Shown one piece after another: positions 41,896-51,940 of a DNA stretch of 64,000 nt. The stretch comes from an uncultured Nitrospinaceae bacterium (GTDB taxonomy: Bacteria; UBA8248), in contig CAXFSR010000036.1 in assembly GCA_964005815.1 (NCBI GenBank), positions 57,194-121,193 on the forward strand, given 5' to 3'. Made by a program: the position numbers and the translations under genes. A model generated the notes under the pieces. The model was not told where the DNA came from and ran no database searches. It saw only the letters and a list, made by a program, of their open reading frames with translations. Every line of letters begins with the position of its first letter. Positions within the stretch are counted from its first letter, which is position 1.

Positions 41896-43089
41896 ATGGA
41901 TTTTAAGTTAACGGAAGAACAAAAGGCTCTGCAGTCTTTGGCGCGTGATTTTGCAACTCAAAGAGTTCGTCCGATCGCGCAAGAATTTGATCAAAAACAA
42001 GACCCATCCGAATGTATTCCTATGGACGTAGTAGAAGAAGGATCAAAAATTGGACTGAGAACACTGGCTGTATCAGAAGAAAATGGTGGCGGCGGGGCTG
42101 ATATGCTTACACTATCAATAGTTGGCGAAGAATTAGGTGCAGGAGATTTAGGCGTCGCTGCTACTTTTGATCAAACATGGAAATTCAGTCCCATTATTGA
42201 AAATTGGACTAACGATGAACAAAAGGAAAGGCTTATTCCAAAACTTATCAATGACCATAGATTTCTTTTGGCAACCTGTATGACAGAACCTAATGCTGGG
42301 ACAGACCATGTTCTTCCTTATCCAGAACCAGGTGCAGGTGTACAAATGTCTGCCGTAAAAAAAGGTAATAGTTATGAGTTAAACGGCACTAAACAATATA
42401 TAAGCAACGGAGGAACCGCAAAACTCTATGTCACTTATGCCAGGACAAACAAATCGCAAGGAGGGCTAAAAGGGATTACTGCTTTTTTAGTACCGCATGA
42501 CACTCCAGGTTTAGAAATCGGAAGAATCCATGACAAAATGGGAAGGAGACTCCTAAGTAATGGAACTCTTGTCTTCAATAATGCTCAAGTACCTGAAGAA
42601 AATCTTCTAGGAGAAGAAAACGGTGCAGAATCTCTCAGAGTATCCAGAATAGCTAGAGGAAGAGGTGGTTATGGTGCAACAGTCCTTGGAACAGGCAGAG
42701 CCGCTTTCGAAGAAGCTGTAAAATTTTCACAAGAGAGAATTCAAGGCGGGAAACCAATAGCTCAACATCAAGCAGTAGCACAAATGATTGGAGAAATGTA
42801 TACACGAATCGAATCTGCACGTTCTGTTCTTTGGCGTGCTTCTTGGAATGTTGACTACGCAGAAGTATATGATCCCAAATTTGCTTGGCTAGCAAAAGTC
42901 TTCTGTTCTGAAGCTTCCTATGAAGTGTGCAAACTCGCAATAGAAGTACATGGAGGTATGGGTTACATGAAAGAGTGTCCTGTTGAAAAATATTTAAGGG
43001 ATGTCATTTCTTTTCTCCATGGAGCAGGAAACAATCATATTTTCAGAATAAAAATGAGTTCGAATATAACCGGACTCCTCACTAATTAG
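41896..43089 (+). CDS. Acyl-CoA dehydrogenase
   Basis: MTEPNAGTD, NGTKQYISNG, RIQGGKPI, HGGMGY. Confidence 0.93.
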   Translation: MDFKLTEEQKALQSLARDFATQRVRPIAQEFDQKQDPSECIPMDVVEEGSKIGLRTLAVSEENGGGGADMLTLSIVGEELGAGDLGVAATFDQTWKFSPIIENWTNDEQKERLIPKLINDHRFLLATCMTEPNAGTDHVLPYPEPGAGVQMSAVKKGNSYELNGTKQYISNGGTAKLYVTYARTNKSQGGLKGITAFLVPHDTPGLEIGRIHDKMGRRLLSNGTLVFNNAQVPEENLLGEENGAESLRVSRIARGRGGYGATVLGTGRAAFEEAVKFSQERIQGGKPIAQHQAVAQMIGEMYTRIESARSVLWRASWNVDYAEVYDPKFAWLAKVFCSEASYEVCKLAIEVHGGMGYMKECPVEKYLRDVISFLHGAGNNHIFRIKMSSNITGLLTN

Positions 43090-43106
43090 AATTTTCTGAG
43101 GGTAAA

Positions 43107-44153
43107 ATGAAAACTTTTTTATTGAGAATTTTTGTTTCATCATTTTTATTTTTATCACTTATTACTTTTACTAGTTTAGTTGACGCAAGTTATAAAGAAG
43201 GTCAAAGAGAAATTTCTCGTGGAAACTTCAAATCAGCATTTAACAAATTCCTTGAAGGTGCTTCCAAAGGCGACCCAAAATCACAAAATGCACTCGGAGA
43301 ACTATATCTTAATGGAAAGGGTACTTCTAAAAATCCTAAAAAAGCTCTAATTTGGTTTAAATTTTCTGCTAACGCTGGAAACAAAAAAGCATACAAGAAT
43401 TTATCCTTCATGTATGCAAAAGGAATTGGAGTAGATAAAAACCCTTTAGAATCCTCAAAATGGTTTAAAAAATATCAAGATGCAGAATCAACAATAAGGC
43501 AAGAAACTCTTGCTATTGATTCCGCTAGGAGGAATCTAAAAAGAAAAAATATCAAAACTCAAAATACACAAAAAAACAGGATTCAAAACTGGCTTGATGC
43601 ATATAATAAAATCGCAATATATGACGCAAAAATTTACGGACAAAAAATACTTAAGGCATCTGCCGATTGTGAGGCGTTGATTTTAAAATATGAGAAAGGA
43701 AGCTGGGGAAGTAAGAATTGGTCATCAAAATGTTATGATAGTTTTTGGGATATTGCTGATGTTTCAAAAGACGGCAAACTTTCAAAAGCAGAAATTACTA
43801 GATCATATCGCCTTGCTATAAAATGGTTTTTACTTGAAATTTCAGAAAAAAAATTGCTAGGGAAAAAAGGCATTCCAAAATCTGTAATGCCTTCTATAGA
43901 TGGGATTTTGCAGATATTTATGCCCCTAGCAACTGAATTTGTATTCTTAAACTACGATTTTAATGGAAATCGTTCTTTAGACAAGTCTGAAGCAACCTAT
44001 GATTTAAAATCAAAAGAACAAATACTCCTTGCTCGCAACCTGATTAAACTAATAAAAGACTATAAAAGCTTAACTCCTTCAGAATTGGCACCTCTGATGA
44101 AAGAATTTAAAGAATTACAAAAATTCTTTGAGATGTTAGAAAAACTGAAATAG
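43107..44153 (+). CDS. Secreted SEL1-repeat protein with EF-hand-like motifs
   Basis: Signal peptide; LGELYLNGKG and LSFMYAKGIG repeats; DVSKDGKLSKAE, DFNGNRSLDKSE. Confidence 0.75.
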   Translation: MKTFLLRIFVSSFLFLSLITFTSLVDASYKEGQREISRGNFKSAFNKFLEGASKGDPKSQNALGELYLNGKGTSKNPKKALIWFKFSANAGNKKAYKNLSFMYAKGIGVDKNPLESSKWFKKYQDAESTIRQETLAIDSARRNLKRKNIKTQNTQKNRIQNWLDAYNKIAIYDAKIYGQKILKASADCEALILKYEKGSWGSKNWSSKCYDSFWDIADVSKDGKLSKAEITRSYRLAIKWFLLEISEKKLLGKKGIPKSVMPSIDGILQIFMPLATEFVFLNYDFNGNRSLDKSEATYDLKSKEQILLARNLIKLIKDYKSLTPSELAPLMKEFKELQKFFEMLEKLK

Positions 44154-44211
44154 TCACTTCATTGTAATTTTTGAACGACACAGGGAGTGCTTTAAAAAAG
44201 TTGGGGCTATC

Positions 44212-44586
44212 TTGAAATCTATACTTCTGTTCGTGGCATTTATATCTAGCATTCTGTTTTCTTACTCCACTTCGTTTGCCCACCATGAAGAAGAAGTCTA
44301 TATGTTCCTCTATTTTGCACAGGAACCAGGAGTTCTTAAAATATCCACTTTCATATTGGGTAGTTTCCTAATTTTGTGTGGAATTTATATATCTTATAAA
44401 GCTTCATTAGAAGTAAAAAAAAATAGCAAATCAAAGAAAAAAATGTTTGGTCCGGGTGTTGTAACGGTCGTTATTGGGATGGTTATGATTTTATCCTCTA
44501 TTTTTATTTTGTCAGAAAATCCAAGAATAAAATATGAACAAAAAAACCCAATCAGTGCACCTTCCAAAATCAAAAAAGTTCACTAA
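44212..44586 (+). CDS. Hypothetical membrane protein
   Basis: Signal peptide plus 2 TM segments. Confidence 0.6.
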   Translation: MKSILLFVAFISSILFSYSTSFAHHEEEVYMFLYFAQEPGVLKISTFILGSFLILCGIYISYKASLEVKKNSKSKKKMFGPGVVTVVIGMVMILSSIFILSENPRIKYEQKNPISAPSKIKKVH

Positions 44587-44595
44587 AGCAAGGAA

Positions 44596-45951
44596 TTAGT
44601 GAATTTCTGTCATCCATTTAGAATTGCACGCCAATTGATAGTCATCTCCAGGATATCCCATATACTGAATACCTACAGGCAAACTATCTACTTCAAGGAA
44701 TGGAAGTGAAAACGCTGGAGCTCCAAGAGTCGATGAAACGTCACCATACACTGGATCACCTATATATGGATAATCAGGAGGAGGATCGCAGGAACATAAA
44801 AGTAAAAATGAACCTGCAATTCCTTTTAGAGATACTTGAATATCACGTAGTTGTTGACGTTGTTTGAGAATCGACCGATAGTCCTCAACAGAAACAGACA
44901 AACCTAACTCTAACGAATCCAACATTTTTTGGCTAAGTGATTCAGGATGAGATAATTGATAATCTTGTAAAGGCCAACGGGATTCATAACCAAGCATGCG
45001 AAATAAAAATTCTGGAATCTCACGCAAGGCCTCTTCAAATCTTTTTATCCTATCATCATCCTTTCTTGAAATAATTTCTACGCCTCTATCAATCAGTTTC
45101 TCCAAAAAAACTTCAAAAGCCTCTTTGGTTGAATCAGTTGTCGTATCCCATCCAAGAGAATCGAGACGAATAATAGTACCCGGATTTTTTGATTCTGAAA
45201 TCGTTGGATTTCCATATAAGCCAGGACAACCCGCGTCTCCTCCTGCATGAGAAGATATGTAAAAAGCTGTAGACCAACAGTCTTCAAGCGAACCAGCATG
45301 TACACCTAGAACGCTTTGACTAGGAGCCAATGAGTGCCCGCCTCCCCTATTAATCGCACCAAAAGTTGGTTTCAAAGCAAAATTTGCACAATATCCTGCC
45401 GGTCGAACTATAGAACCTCTAACTTGACTTCCAGAAGCAGCAGGAATCATTGACGCTCCCACAGCCGCGGAACTTCCGCTTGAAGAACCACCAGCAGTTT
45501 TATTGTAATTATAAGGATTTCTCGTTGGAGGTGGAGTAGCCATACCAAATTCTGTGGTTGAAGTTTTACCAAGAATAATAGCACCACCCTGTCTTAGCGA
45601 AAATGCATGGGCACTGTCTCTAATACCGTGCCAATCCTTATAAACAGGACTATTCATTTGGGTCTTCATATCTATTGTTTCATATAGATCCTTAACTCCA
45701 AAGGGCATACCGTCTACAACCGAGAGGGGCTTCCCGGCTTGATACCTTTGAGTGGATGCATCTGCAGTTTTTCTAGCTGAATCTATATTCATAACGACAA
45801 AAGCTTTAACTTTAGGCTCCAAAAGTTCAATTTGAGCAAGACATCTTTCAAGATACTCTCTGGGATTGTCAGTTCCATTAAGAAAACGAGGAATATAATC
45901 ATGAAATGTAAGCAGAGAATTTTCTAGAGGACGATACTTTTCCAAGGTCAT
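44596..45951 (-). CDS. Amidase signature family protein
   Basis: GVKD, GGSSSGS, GSQVRGSIVRPA. Confidence 0.92.
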   Translation of the reverse strand: MTLEKYRPLENSLLTFHDYIPRFLNGTDNPREYLERCLAQIELLEPKVKAFVVMNIDSARKTADASTQRYQAGKPLSVVDGMPFGVKDLYETIDMKTQMNSPVYKDWHGIRDSAHAFSLRQGGAIILGKTSTTEFGMATPPPTRNPYNYNKTAGGSSSGSSAAVGASMIPAASGSQVRGSIVRPAGYCANFALKPTFGAINRGGGHSLAPSQSVLGVHAGSLEDCWSTAFYISSHAGGDAGCPGLYGNPTISESKNPGTIIRLDSLGWDTTTDSTKEAFEVFLEKLIDRGVEIISRKDDDRIKRFEEALREIPEFLFRMLGYESRWPLQDYQLSHPESLSQKMLDSLELGLSVSVEDYRSILKQRQQLRDIQVSLKGIAGSFLLLCSCDPPPDYPYIGDPVYGDVSSTLGAPAFSLPFLEVDSLPVGIQYMGYPGDDYQLACNSKWMTEIH

Positions 45952-45973
45952 ATAAGTCTCCTATAATAATTTT

Positions 45974-46555
45974 TTAAGAAGATTCTTGCCAGTCTGGAGT
46001 CCATTCAATACGACCTTCTGGTGGTTCTAAATCATTCTGAAATCCATCCTGCAAACGATTCCAGGCATTAAACAAACAGGTAAATAAAGTGAGTTCTACA
46101 ATATCTTGTTCATTAAAATGTTTTTTCAATTCTGAAAATGCGTTATCGTCATCTCGAGCAGTATTTTCCGTTAAAGACTCAGCCCATCCAATAACCGCTT
46201 TTTCTCGATCGTCATATAATTCACTATCACTCCAATTTCCAACAAGTTCGTTGAAATGTTTTTCTTCTAATCCAGCAGCTTGACCAAGCTCCTGATTATG
46301 AGTTGTTCATATTAAACACTGATTCATCATTGAAGGTTTCACAATTGCGAGTTGCATGAGTCTGAGTCTTTCAGGGTCTTCTCTCCACCTCTTTCTAAGT
46401 TCATAAGAAAGTTCCATAATATGATGAAGAGCTTTAGGGGAATGTGCGAGAGTCCTGTAAAAATTAGGAACACTGCCCCAACGTTTTCGAGAAACCTTGA
46501 AACTATCTTCATGACCCCCTTTTGCTTCATCGTTTAAAGCACTTATTCTCCCCAT
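45974..46555 (-). CDS. Putative selenoprotein: AhpD/carboxymuconolactone decarboxylase family (CxxU), 193 aa
   Basis: SD GGAGG; ...NQCLI-TGA(46309-46307)-TTH... continues in frame through YDDREKAVIGWAESLT...FNEQDIVELT...NAWNRL to TAA at 45974. Confidence 0.9.
46268..46298 (-). promoter_or_regulatory. Candidate bacterial SECIS hairpin (CMD/AhpD)
   Basis: mRNA UAAUCAGGAGCUU-GGUC-AAGCUGCUGGAUUA, loop at +22 after UGA. Confidence 0.7.
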
Positions 46556-46682
46556 TTTCCCTCCCTTTCAAAAAATTGAGCAAACAAAAATTAGATTTAT
46601 ATTTTAAATTGTGTAAAAAAAATTTAATACAAGATATCATGTAAAAAAAAAAAAATCTTCGAAACTAAAAATTGGAGTTTAT

Positions 46683-47558
46683 ATGAAAAATCAAAATCAA
46701 AGATGTAAAGAATCCTTTCACTTCATCTCAAATTTTCTTATGTACATAAAAGAGTGGAAACCAAAACAGAAATTAAAAAGATTTCCAATACTGGCCTTAC
46801 ATGGTTCTAGAATGCAATCTGGAATGTGGAATTCTACAGCAGAAAAACTGAAAGAATGGCATTTTATTTGTCCCGATCAGAGGGGATATGGTTTTAGTGA
46901 CGCTGGTTCACCAAGGCATCCATTTTCTTCAAAGTCCTTTGCAAAGGACGCTCTTAATTTAGCTAATAAACTTAAATTAGACCGCTTCGCCTTGTTTGGA
47001 CACTCCTTTGGAGCTGCACATGTTCTTCATCTTGCAACAATGATTCCCAAAAGAATTAGTTGTGTAGTATTAGTAGACGTCCCTTCAAGACCTTTAGAAG
47101 TAAGAGCTAAAGGTCTAAAAGAAAACTACGAACAACCAAACTCATTCAAAAATTTAAAAAGTGCCATTGAATATTTTTCAAAATCGGAGAACGGTGACTG
47201 GCCAAAAAAAGAATCCTTACAATTCGTAAAAGATCTTCTTCTTTATAATGATTTAAATGGACCTTGTAGAATGCCATTTGATAAAAACTGGTTTTTTAAA
47301 TTGCGAACTTTCCAAGCATCAAAAAAAAGCGATTATGATCCTTTCCCAATTGCTCCATTAGTACGATGTCCAGTTCTAATTTTAAGAGGTGGCAAGACCA
47401 AAAGAAATACTCCACAGGAAGTAAGAAAACTCAAAGCATTACTTCCAAAGGGCTCTGTCATAAAAACACTAAAGAAGAGTGGTCACTTCCCTATGGTTGC
47501 AGATTCAAAGAAATACGAAGAGATTTTAGATAAATTTCTGAATAGATATGCATTATAA
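46683..47558 (+). CDS. Alpha/beta hydrolase
   Basis: ALHG, DQRGYG, GHSFGA, GHFP. Confidence 0.9.
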   Translation: MKNQNQRCKESFHFISNFLMYIKEWKPKQKLKRFPILALHGSRMQSGMWNSTAEKLKEWHFICPDQRGYGFSDAGSPRHPFSSKSFAKDALNLANKLKLDRFALFGHSFGAAHVLHLATMIPKRISCVVLVDVPSRPLEVRAKGLKENYEQPNSFKNLKSAIEYFSKSENGDWPKKESLQFVKDLLLYNDLNGPCRMPFDKNWFFKLRTFQASKKSDYDPFPIAPLVRCPVLILRGGKTKRNTPQEVRKLKALLPKGSVIKTLKKSGHFPMVADSKKYEEILDKFLNRYAL

Positions 47559-47561
47559 AAA

Positions 47562-48734
47562 TTAATTTGCTGTCTCTTTTGGGAGGCAAAAAGCAAGAAA
47601 TAGAGCCAGAATAAGCGCGAGTGGCAAGAACCAAAATGCATTCATAAGACCTATACTTTCTGCTATGTTGGTAATAGGAATGACAGAAAAACTAGCGAAA
47701 CCCCATGAAACACCCAATGTTAAAGAACTTGCAAATCCTCTGTGTTCGGGGAGGAATTCTTGTGCATATGCCATACTAACACCCATCGGCATATACATTC
47801 CTAGTCCAAGAATTGAAAGAAAAATCAGAGCAATTATAGGGGAAGACATCAGGAAACCAACCAAACCTATAAGAGCAGTTAACATTCCAGTAATAATAAG
47901 TTTCTTTTTCCCTAGTAAATCAGCTAAAACACCCCCTAGGATTACTCCAAACATTCCAAAAAATAGCAGAACTGAATTCGCTATTCCCCCTTGCCAAAGA
48001 CCAATTCCTCTTTCAACGTAAAGTGTGGGAAGCAAGCCTTGCAAATTCACTGTGACTATACTTCTAGAAACAGTCACACCCAAAAGTATTACAAGTGGGA
48101 GACCGGCCGAAAAGAGTGCCTTTCCTAATCCCATAAGAATCGTACTATCTTTATTTTGAATAGCAGATGTCTTGGGTAATCCTTTCATTATTCCATAAAC
48201 TAGAATGATATTTATTAAAACATAAATCCAAAGAAACTCCATTCCTAATGAATCAACTATAAATAACGCTATAATTGGACCTATTGAAAATCCTAGTCTT
48301 CCGCCAGAAACATATACACTAACTGCTAGAGTTCGATGATCGTCACTCAGGGAACCTGCTCTCGATCCCATATCAGGATGTGCAAGACCAGCTAAGAAGC
48401 CACCTAAAGGAATTGAGATAACTACAGCCGAGTATAAGGGAAGCCATCCCATCGCAGTTATAAAAAAAGAACTACCTATCAAACCAATAGCAAGCCAAGG
48501 CAAATGAGGAAATCTGTCCGTTATCAGGGCAGTCAAAGGTTGACTTGCCGTAACGCAAAAGGCTTGAATACTAATCAAAATACCAGCCGTAGCGAGGCTG
48601 ATTTGAAACTTTTCTCTAAGATACGGAAGAAGAGGCGCAAGAAAACTTACCTGACTATCCACAACAAAATGTGCAAGGAATAAAAGAGACATCGCTGTCC
48701 ATGGTGCATTTTCCATTGACTTACTTATCTTCAT
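47562..48734 (-). CDS. MFS transporter (Fsr-like)
   Basis: HFVVD, QP, HP, GGRLG; about 12 TM. Confidence 0.88.
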   Translation of the reverse strand: MKISKSMENAPWTAMSLLFLAHFVVDSQVSFLAPLLPYLREKFQISLATAGILISIQAFCVTASQPLTALITDRFPHLPWLAIGLIGSSFFITAMGWLPLYSAVVISIPLGGFLAGLAHPDMGSRAGSLSDDHRTLAVSVYVSGGRLGFSIGPIIALFIVDSLGMEFLWIYVLINIILVYGIMKGLPKTSAIQNKDSTILMGLGKALFSAGLPLVILLGVTVSRSIVTVNLQGLLPTLYVERGIGLWQGGIANSVLLFFGMFGVILGGVLADLLGKKKLIITGMLTALIGLVGFLMSSPIIALIFLSILGLGMYMPMGVSMAYAQEFLPEHRGFASSLTLGVSWGFASFSVIPITNIAESIGLMNAFWFLPLALILALFLAFCLPKETAN

Positions 48735-48918
48735 CTCTACCTTTACCTTTTAAAAATAAACTTCTGACAAAAAAGAATCAACGTATATGAAGCAAGGCAT
48801 CTGATATGCTAGAACTTTAAATGGAAGCGAACATGAGTGTACTAAATTAAATTCAAATTGAGAATTCAGATCATTTTTTTTTCGCAGAAATGAAACTATA
48901 AAGTACAGGGGTTAGATA

Positions 48919-49704
48919 ATGTCATATAACTTAGATGGAAAAGTAGTAATTATAACTGGAGGAACCAGTGGAATTGGACTAGAAACAGCACGACTCTTCT
49001 CGAAAGAATCTTCAAAAATAATGATAACAGGACGTAATATAGAAAAAATGGAAAAAGCAAAGGAAGTACTTGAAGAGGATGGTGGTAAAATTGAAACTAT
49101 AAGTGCAGATCTTTCTAACTTAGAAGATATGGATAAAATCATAGAAAAAACAGAGAAAAATTTAGGGCCCATCGATATATTGATTAATAATGCAGGGAGA
49201 AGTTATCCTGGGGATTTTTTCACAACTGAACCAAAACTCTGGGAAGAAATTCTAAAAAATCGAATCACATCACCACTTTATCTTACTCAAAAAGTACTCA
49301 GCAAAATGATAAGAAGAAAAACTGGAACCGTAATTTTTATGGGAGCAGTGATTTACAAGGAACCAATTCCTGAAAATGTAATGGCAGCAACCGCAGGTGG
49401 CGGAATTTTAAGTGCAACTAAAGCACTTGCAAGACTTGTTGCATCAAATGGAATACGTGTAAACGCAATTTTACTTGGTCAATTTGATACCCCAATGGTT
49501 AGAAAAGGTCTCAAAACATACGCAGACCTTCATTCTATTTCAGAAGAAGAAGCCGCTAATTTAAGAGCATCGCAAAATCCAACTGGCAGATTTGGAGATC
49601 CAAAAGAAGCAGCACAACTCGCTCTTTTTCTAGCGAGTGAATCAGCTTCTTATATCAATGGGTCCTTAATTCCTGTGGATGGAGGCAGAAGTTGGTCTAT
49701 ATAA
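48919..49704 (+). CDS. SDR family oxidoreductase lacking YxxxK
   Basis: TGGTSGIG, NNAG, GRFG, VDGG. Confidence 0.88.
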   Translation: MSYNLDGKVVIITGGTSGIGLETARLFSKESSKIMITGRNIEKMEKAKEVLEEDGGKIETISADLSNLEDMDKIIEKTEKNLGPIDILINNAGRSYPGDFFTTEPKLWEEILKNRITSPLYLTQKVLSKMIRRKTGTVIFMGAVIYKEPIPENVMAATAGGGILSATKALARLVASNGIRVNAILLGQFDTPMVRKGLKTYADLHSISEEEAANLRASQNPTGRFGDPKEAAQLALFLASESASYINGSLIPVDGGRSWSI

Positions 49705-49737
49705 ATCGCAAAAAAAACGTTTAATAAGGATACAATA

Positions 49738-50100
49738 TTGACACAAAATTTATACTTAGAAGTTGAAGAAAATCAAAATTGCTCATATATGCCTGGTCAC
49801 TTATATGAGATAAAAAAAGAGCCCATTCTTATTAACTATATCCGTTTGGAATTGCCTGATTATCCGAATGGAATATATGAGATCACAGGATGGTCTAGCA
49901 AAGAAGATGGCTCTACTTGTTCCGCCCTCTACACTCCTGTTTCAGATTCTGGACAAGGAAGTTCTCATCTAATTTATGGCGGAGACTGGGGAGTTCGTTT
50001 CAAACTTAAAACAGATCAATCAAATTGGGGTATTTCAGAAAAAGGACAATATGGAGAACCATATCTTATCCTTCTTAACGAAGAAGATATTTTATTATAG
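49738..50100 (+). CDS. Hypothetical protein
   Basis: 120-aa ORF with SD AAGGA filling the intergenic space; no recognised motif. Confidence 0.65.
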   Translation: MTQNLYLEVEENQNCSYMPGHLYEIKKEPILINYIRLELPDYPNGIYEITGWSSKEDGSTCSALYTPVSDSGQGSSHLIYGGDWGVRFKLKTDQSNWGISEKGQYGEPYLILLNEEDILL

Positions 50101-50162
50101 AAAACCTTTTCTTGATCACTTCTTCATTTGCTATAAAAATTTCATAAAAAAGGTTAGATAAA

Positions 50163-51035
50163 TTGTTAATTGTTGACTTAGCATTTTTATTTGCTCTTTG
50201 CGCATCTTTTTCTTACGCCCTTTGTGATATGGCAATTCGTTCCGGTCTTCAGCATACAAATGCTTTTATAGGTTCTACTATTGTTTTGGCAAGTACTTTA
50301 TTCATCCTGATTGGATTTGTTGTTTTCTCTCAACCTTCATTTCCAAGTCTTGGAATACATTATCTATGGATAATTTTTGCAGGTGCATGTAACCCAGGTC
50401 TTTTCTTCATATTTTACCTGACAGGAATTTCTAAAATAGGTGTCGCTCGTGCCGCTCCAATCAAAGGAAGTTCTCCAATTCTTGGAACTCTCCTAGGAAT
50501 CTTAATTTTATCAGAGGAACCAACCTGGAAAAATTTAGTCGGCATCGCATTTGTTTTTTCTGGTATTACTCTTATCACTTTCGAGAAAACTGACGGAGCA
50601 TGGAAAAAGAAACAAATTGTTTGGCCAATTGCCGCAGCAATTGTATCTTCATTCGCTGCAGTATTTTGGAGAAAAGGTCTCCAAGCATTCCCAGATAGTA
50701 CGATTGGAACTATAATCGGCACCATCATTGGCCTTTCAATCGTAGGAATTTATACTATTCTCACTACTAAAAAATTTTCGGAAGCGAATATTAAAAAAAG
50801 TTTTCGACCTTTTTTGCTCGCGGGATTATTAATGGCATGTGGTTTTTATTGTTATACGAAAGCAATGCAACTTGGGGAAGTATATCGTATGCTTCCTATC
50901 ATTCAAACCTCTCCTATTTTCACCGTAGCAATGGCATTTCTTATAGTAAAGAAATTTGAGAAACTGACTTGGAAAATACCTATAGGATGCCTAATGACCG
51001 TTGGAGGAGCATTATTAGTTAATCTGAAATGGTAA
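50163..51035 (+). CDS. DMT/EamA family transporter
   Basis: About 10 TM, two EamA repeats. Confidence 0.88.
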   Translation: MLIVDLAFLFALCASFSYALCDMAIRSGLQHTNAFIGSTIVLASTLFILIGFVVFSQPSFPSLGIHYLWIIFAGACNPGLFFIFYLTGISKIGVARAAPIKGSSPILGTLLGILILSEEPTWKNLVGIAFVFSGITLITFEKTDGAWKKKQIVWPIAAAIVSSFAAVFWRKGLQAFPDSTIGTIIGTIIGLSIVGIYTILTTKKFSEANIKKSFRPFLLAGLLMACGFYCYTKAMQLGEVYRMLPIIQTSPIFTVAMAFLIVKKFEKLTWKIPIGCLMTVGGALLVNLKW

Positions 51036-51059
51036 TGTGGATTACTGATTGATAAATTA

Positions 51060-51884
51060 TTACTTTTGCAGAAATTGAATTCCTACTTTTTCTATAAAAT
51101 CTATTTCCGAATTTTCAAGTACAAAATCTAGAGCAATATCTTCTTCCATATGCAAAATTTTAGTCGTACCTGTAAGAGGAACTATCCCAATGTAAATTGC
51201 AAATCGAAAAATAATCTGAGCAGGAGTTTTATTTATCCTTTGAGAGATTTCTCTCAGAGTAGGCAAGACAAAAGGATTGGCCGTAAGTAATGAAAATCCC
51301 TGATACGAAATTTGATTTTCTCTACAAAATTTCCTTACTTCCCAGTCCCATCCCATTTGCGCAAAACAACGATTTTGTACAAATCTCGGTTTTATTTCAG
51401 ATTTTTCATATAAAAGTTTTAGTTGTTCAATGTTGACATTACTTATCCCTAAACTTCTCGTTAATCCCTCTTTAAAAATAGATTCCATTTCAGTCCATAC
51501 CATCCAATCAGATTCGTTAAGACCAGAACGTTGGGAGGGACCATGTAAAAGATAAGAGTCAACAAAAGTTGTTTGTAAGTGTTCTAAAGAACTTTCGAAT
51601 GATTGTCGAACCTGAACATTATAATCTGCATTTAAATCGTAGGGAAGTCTTTCGTCCTGACCTGCGGGAAAAGTATATTTGGTTTGCAGAAAGAATTCTT
51701 CTCTCTCTAAACCATTTTTGTATGCTTGCGAAAGAGCATCACCAACAGCAACTTCAACATAATGTCTTCTCTGATTTGCAGTATCAAAATTACGATATCC
51801 TGTTTTAATTGCAGATAAGACAAGTTCTTCTGTAGCCTCTTCCTTCCATGCAGTCCCATAAATCAAATGTGGAATCTTTAACAT
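51060..51884 (-). CDS. Aldo/keto reductase
   Basis: YGTAW, DTA..Y, QTK, LLHGP, LGISN. Confidence 0.9.
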   Translation of the reverse strand: MLKIPHLIYGTAWKEEATEELVLSAIKTGYRNFDTANQRRHYVEVAVGDALSQAYKNGLEREEFFLQTKYTFPAGQDERLPYDLNADYNVQVRQSFESSLEHLQTTFVDSYLLHGPSQRSGLNESDWMVWTEMESIFKEGLTRSLGISNVNIEQLKLLYEKSEIKPRFVQNRCFAQMGWDWEVRKFCRENQISYQGFSLLTANPFVLPTLREISQRINKTPAQIIFRFAIYIGIVPLTGTTKILHMEEDIALDFVLENSEIDFIEKVGIQFLQK

Positions 51885-51940
51885 AATGAATCCCAAATAT
51901 ACAAAATGAAGAAATCAAAAAAACTTAGTGACCCTCAAAA

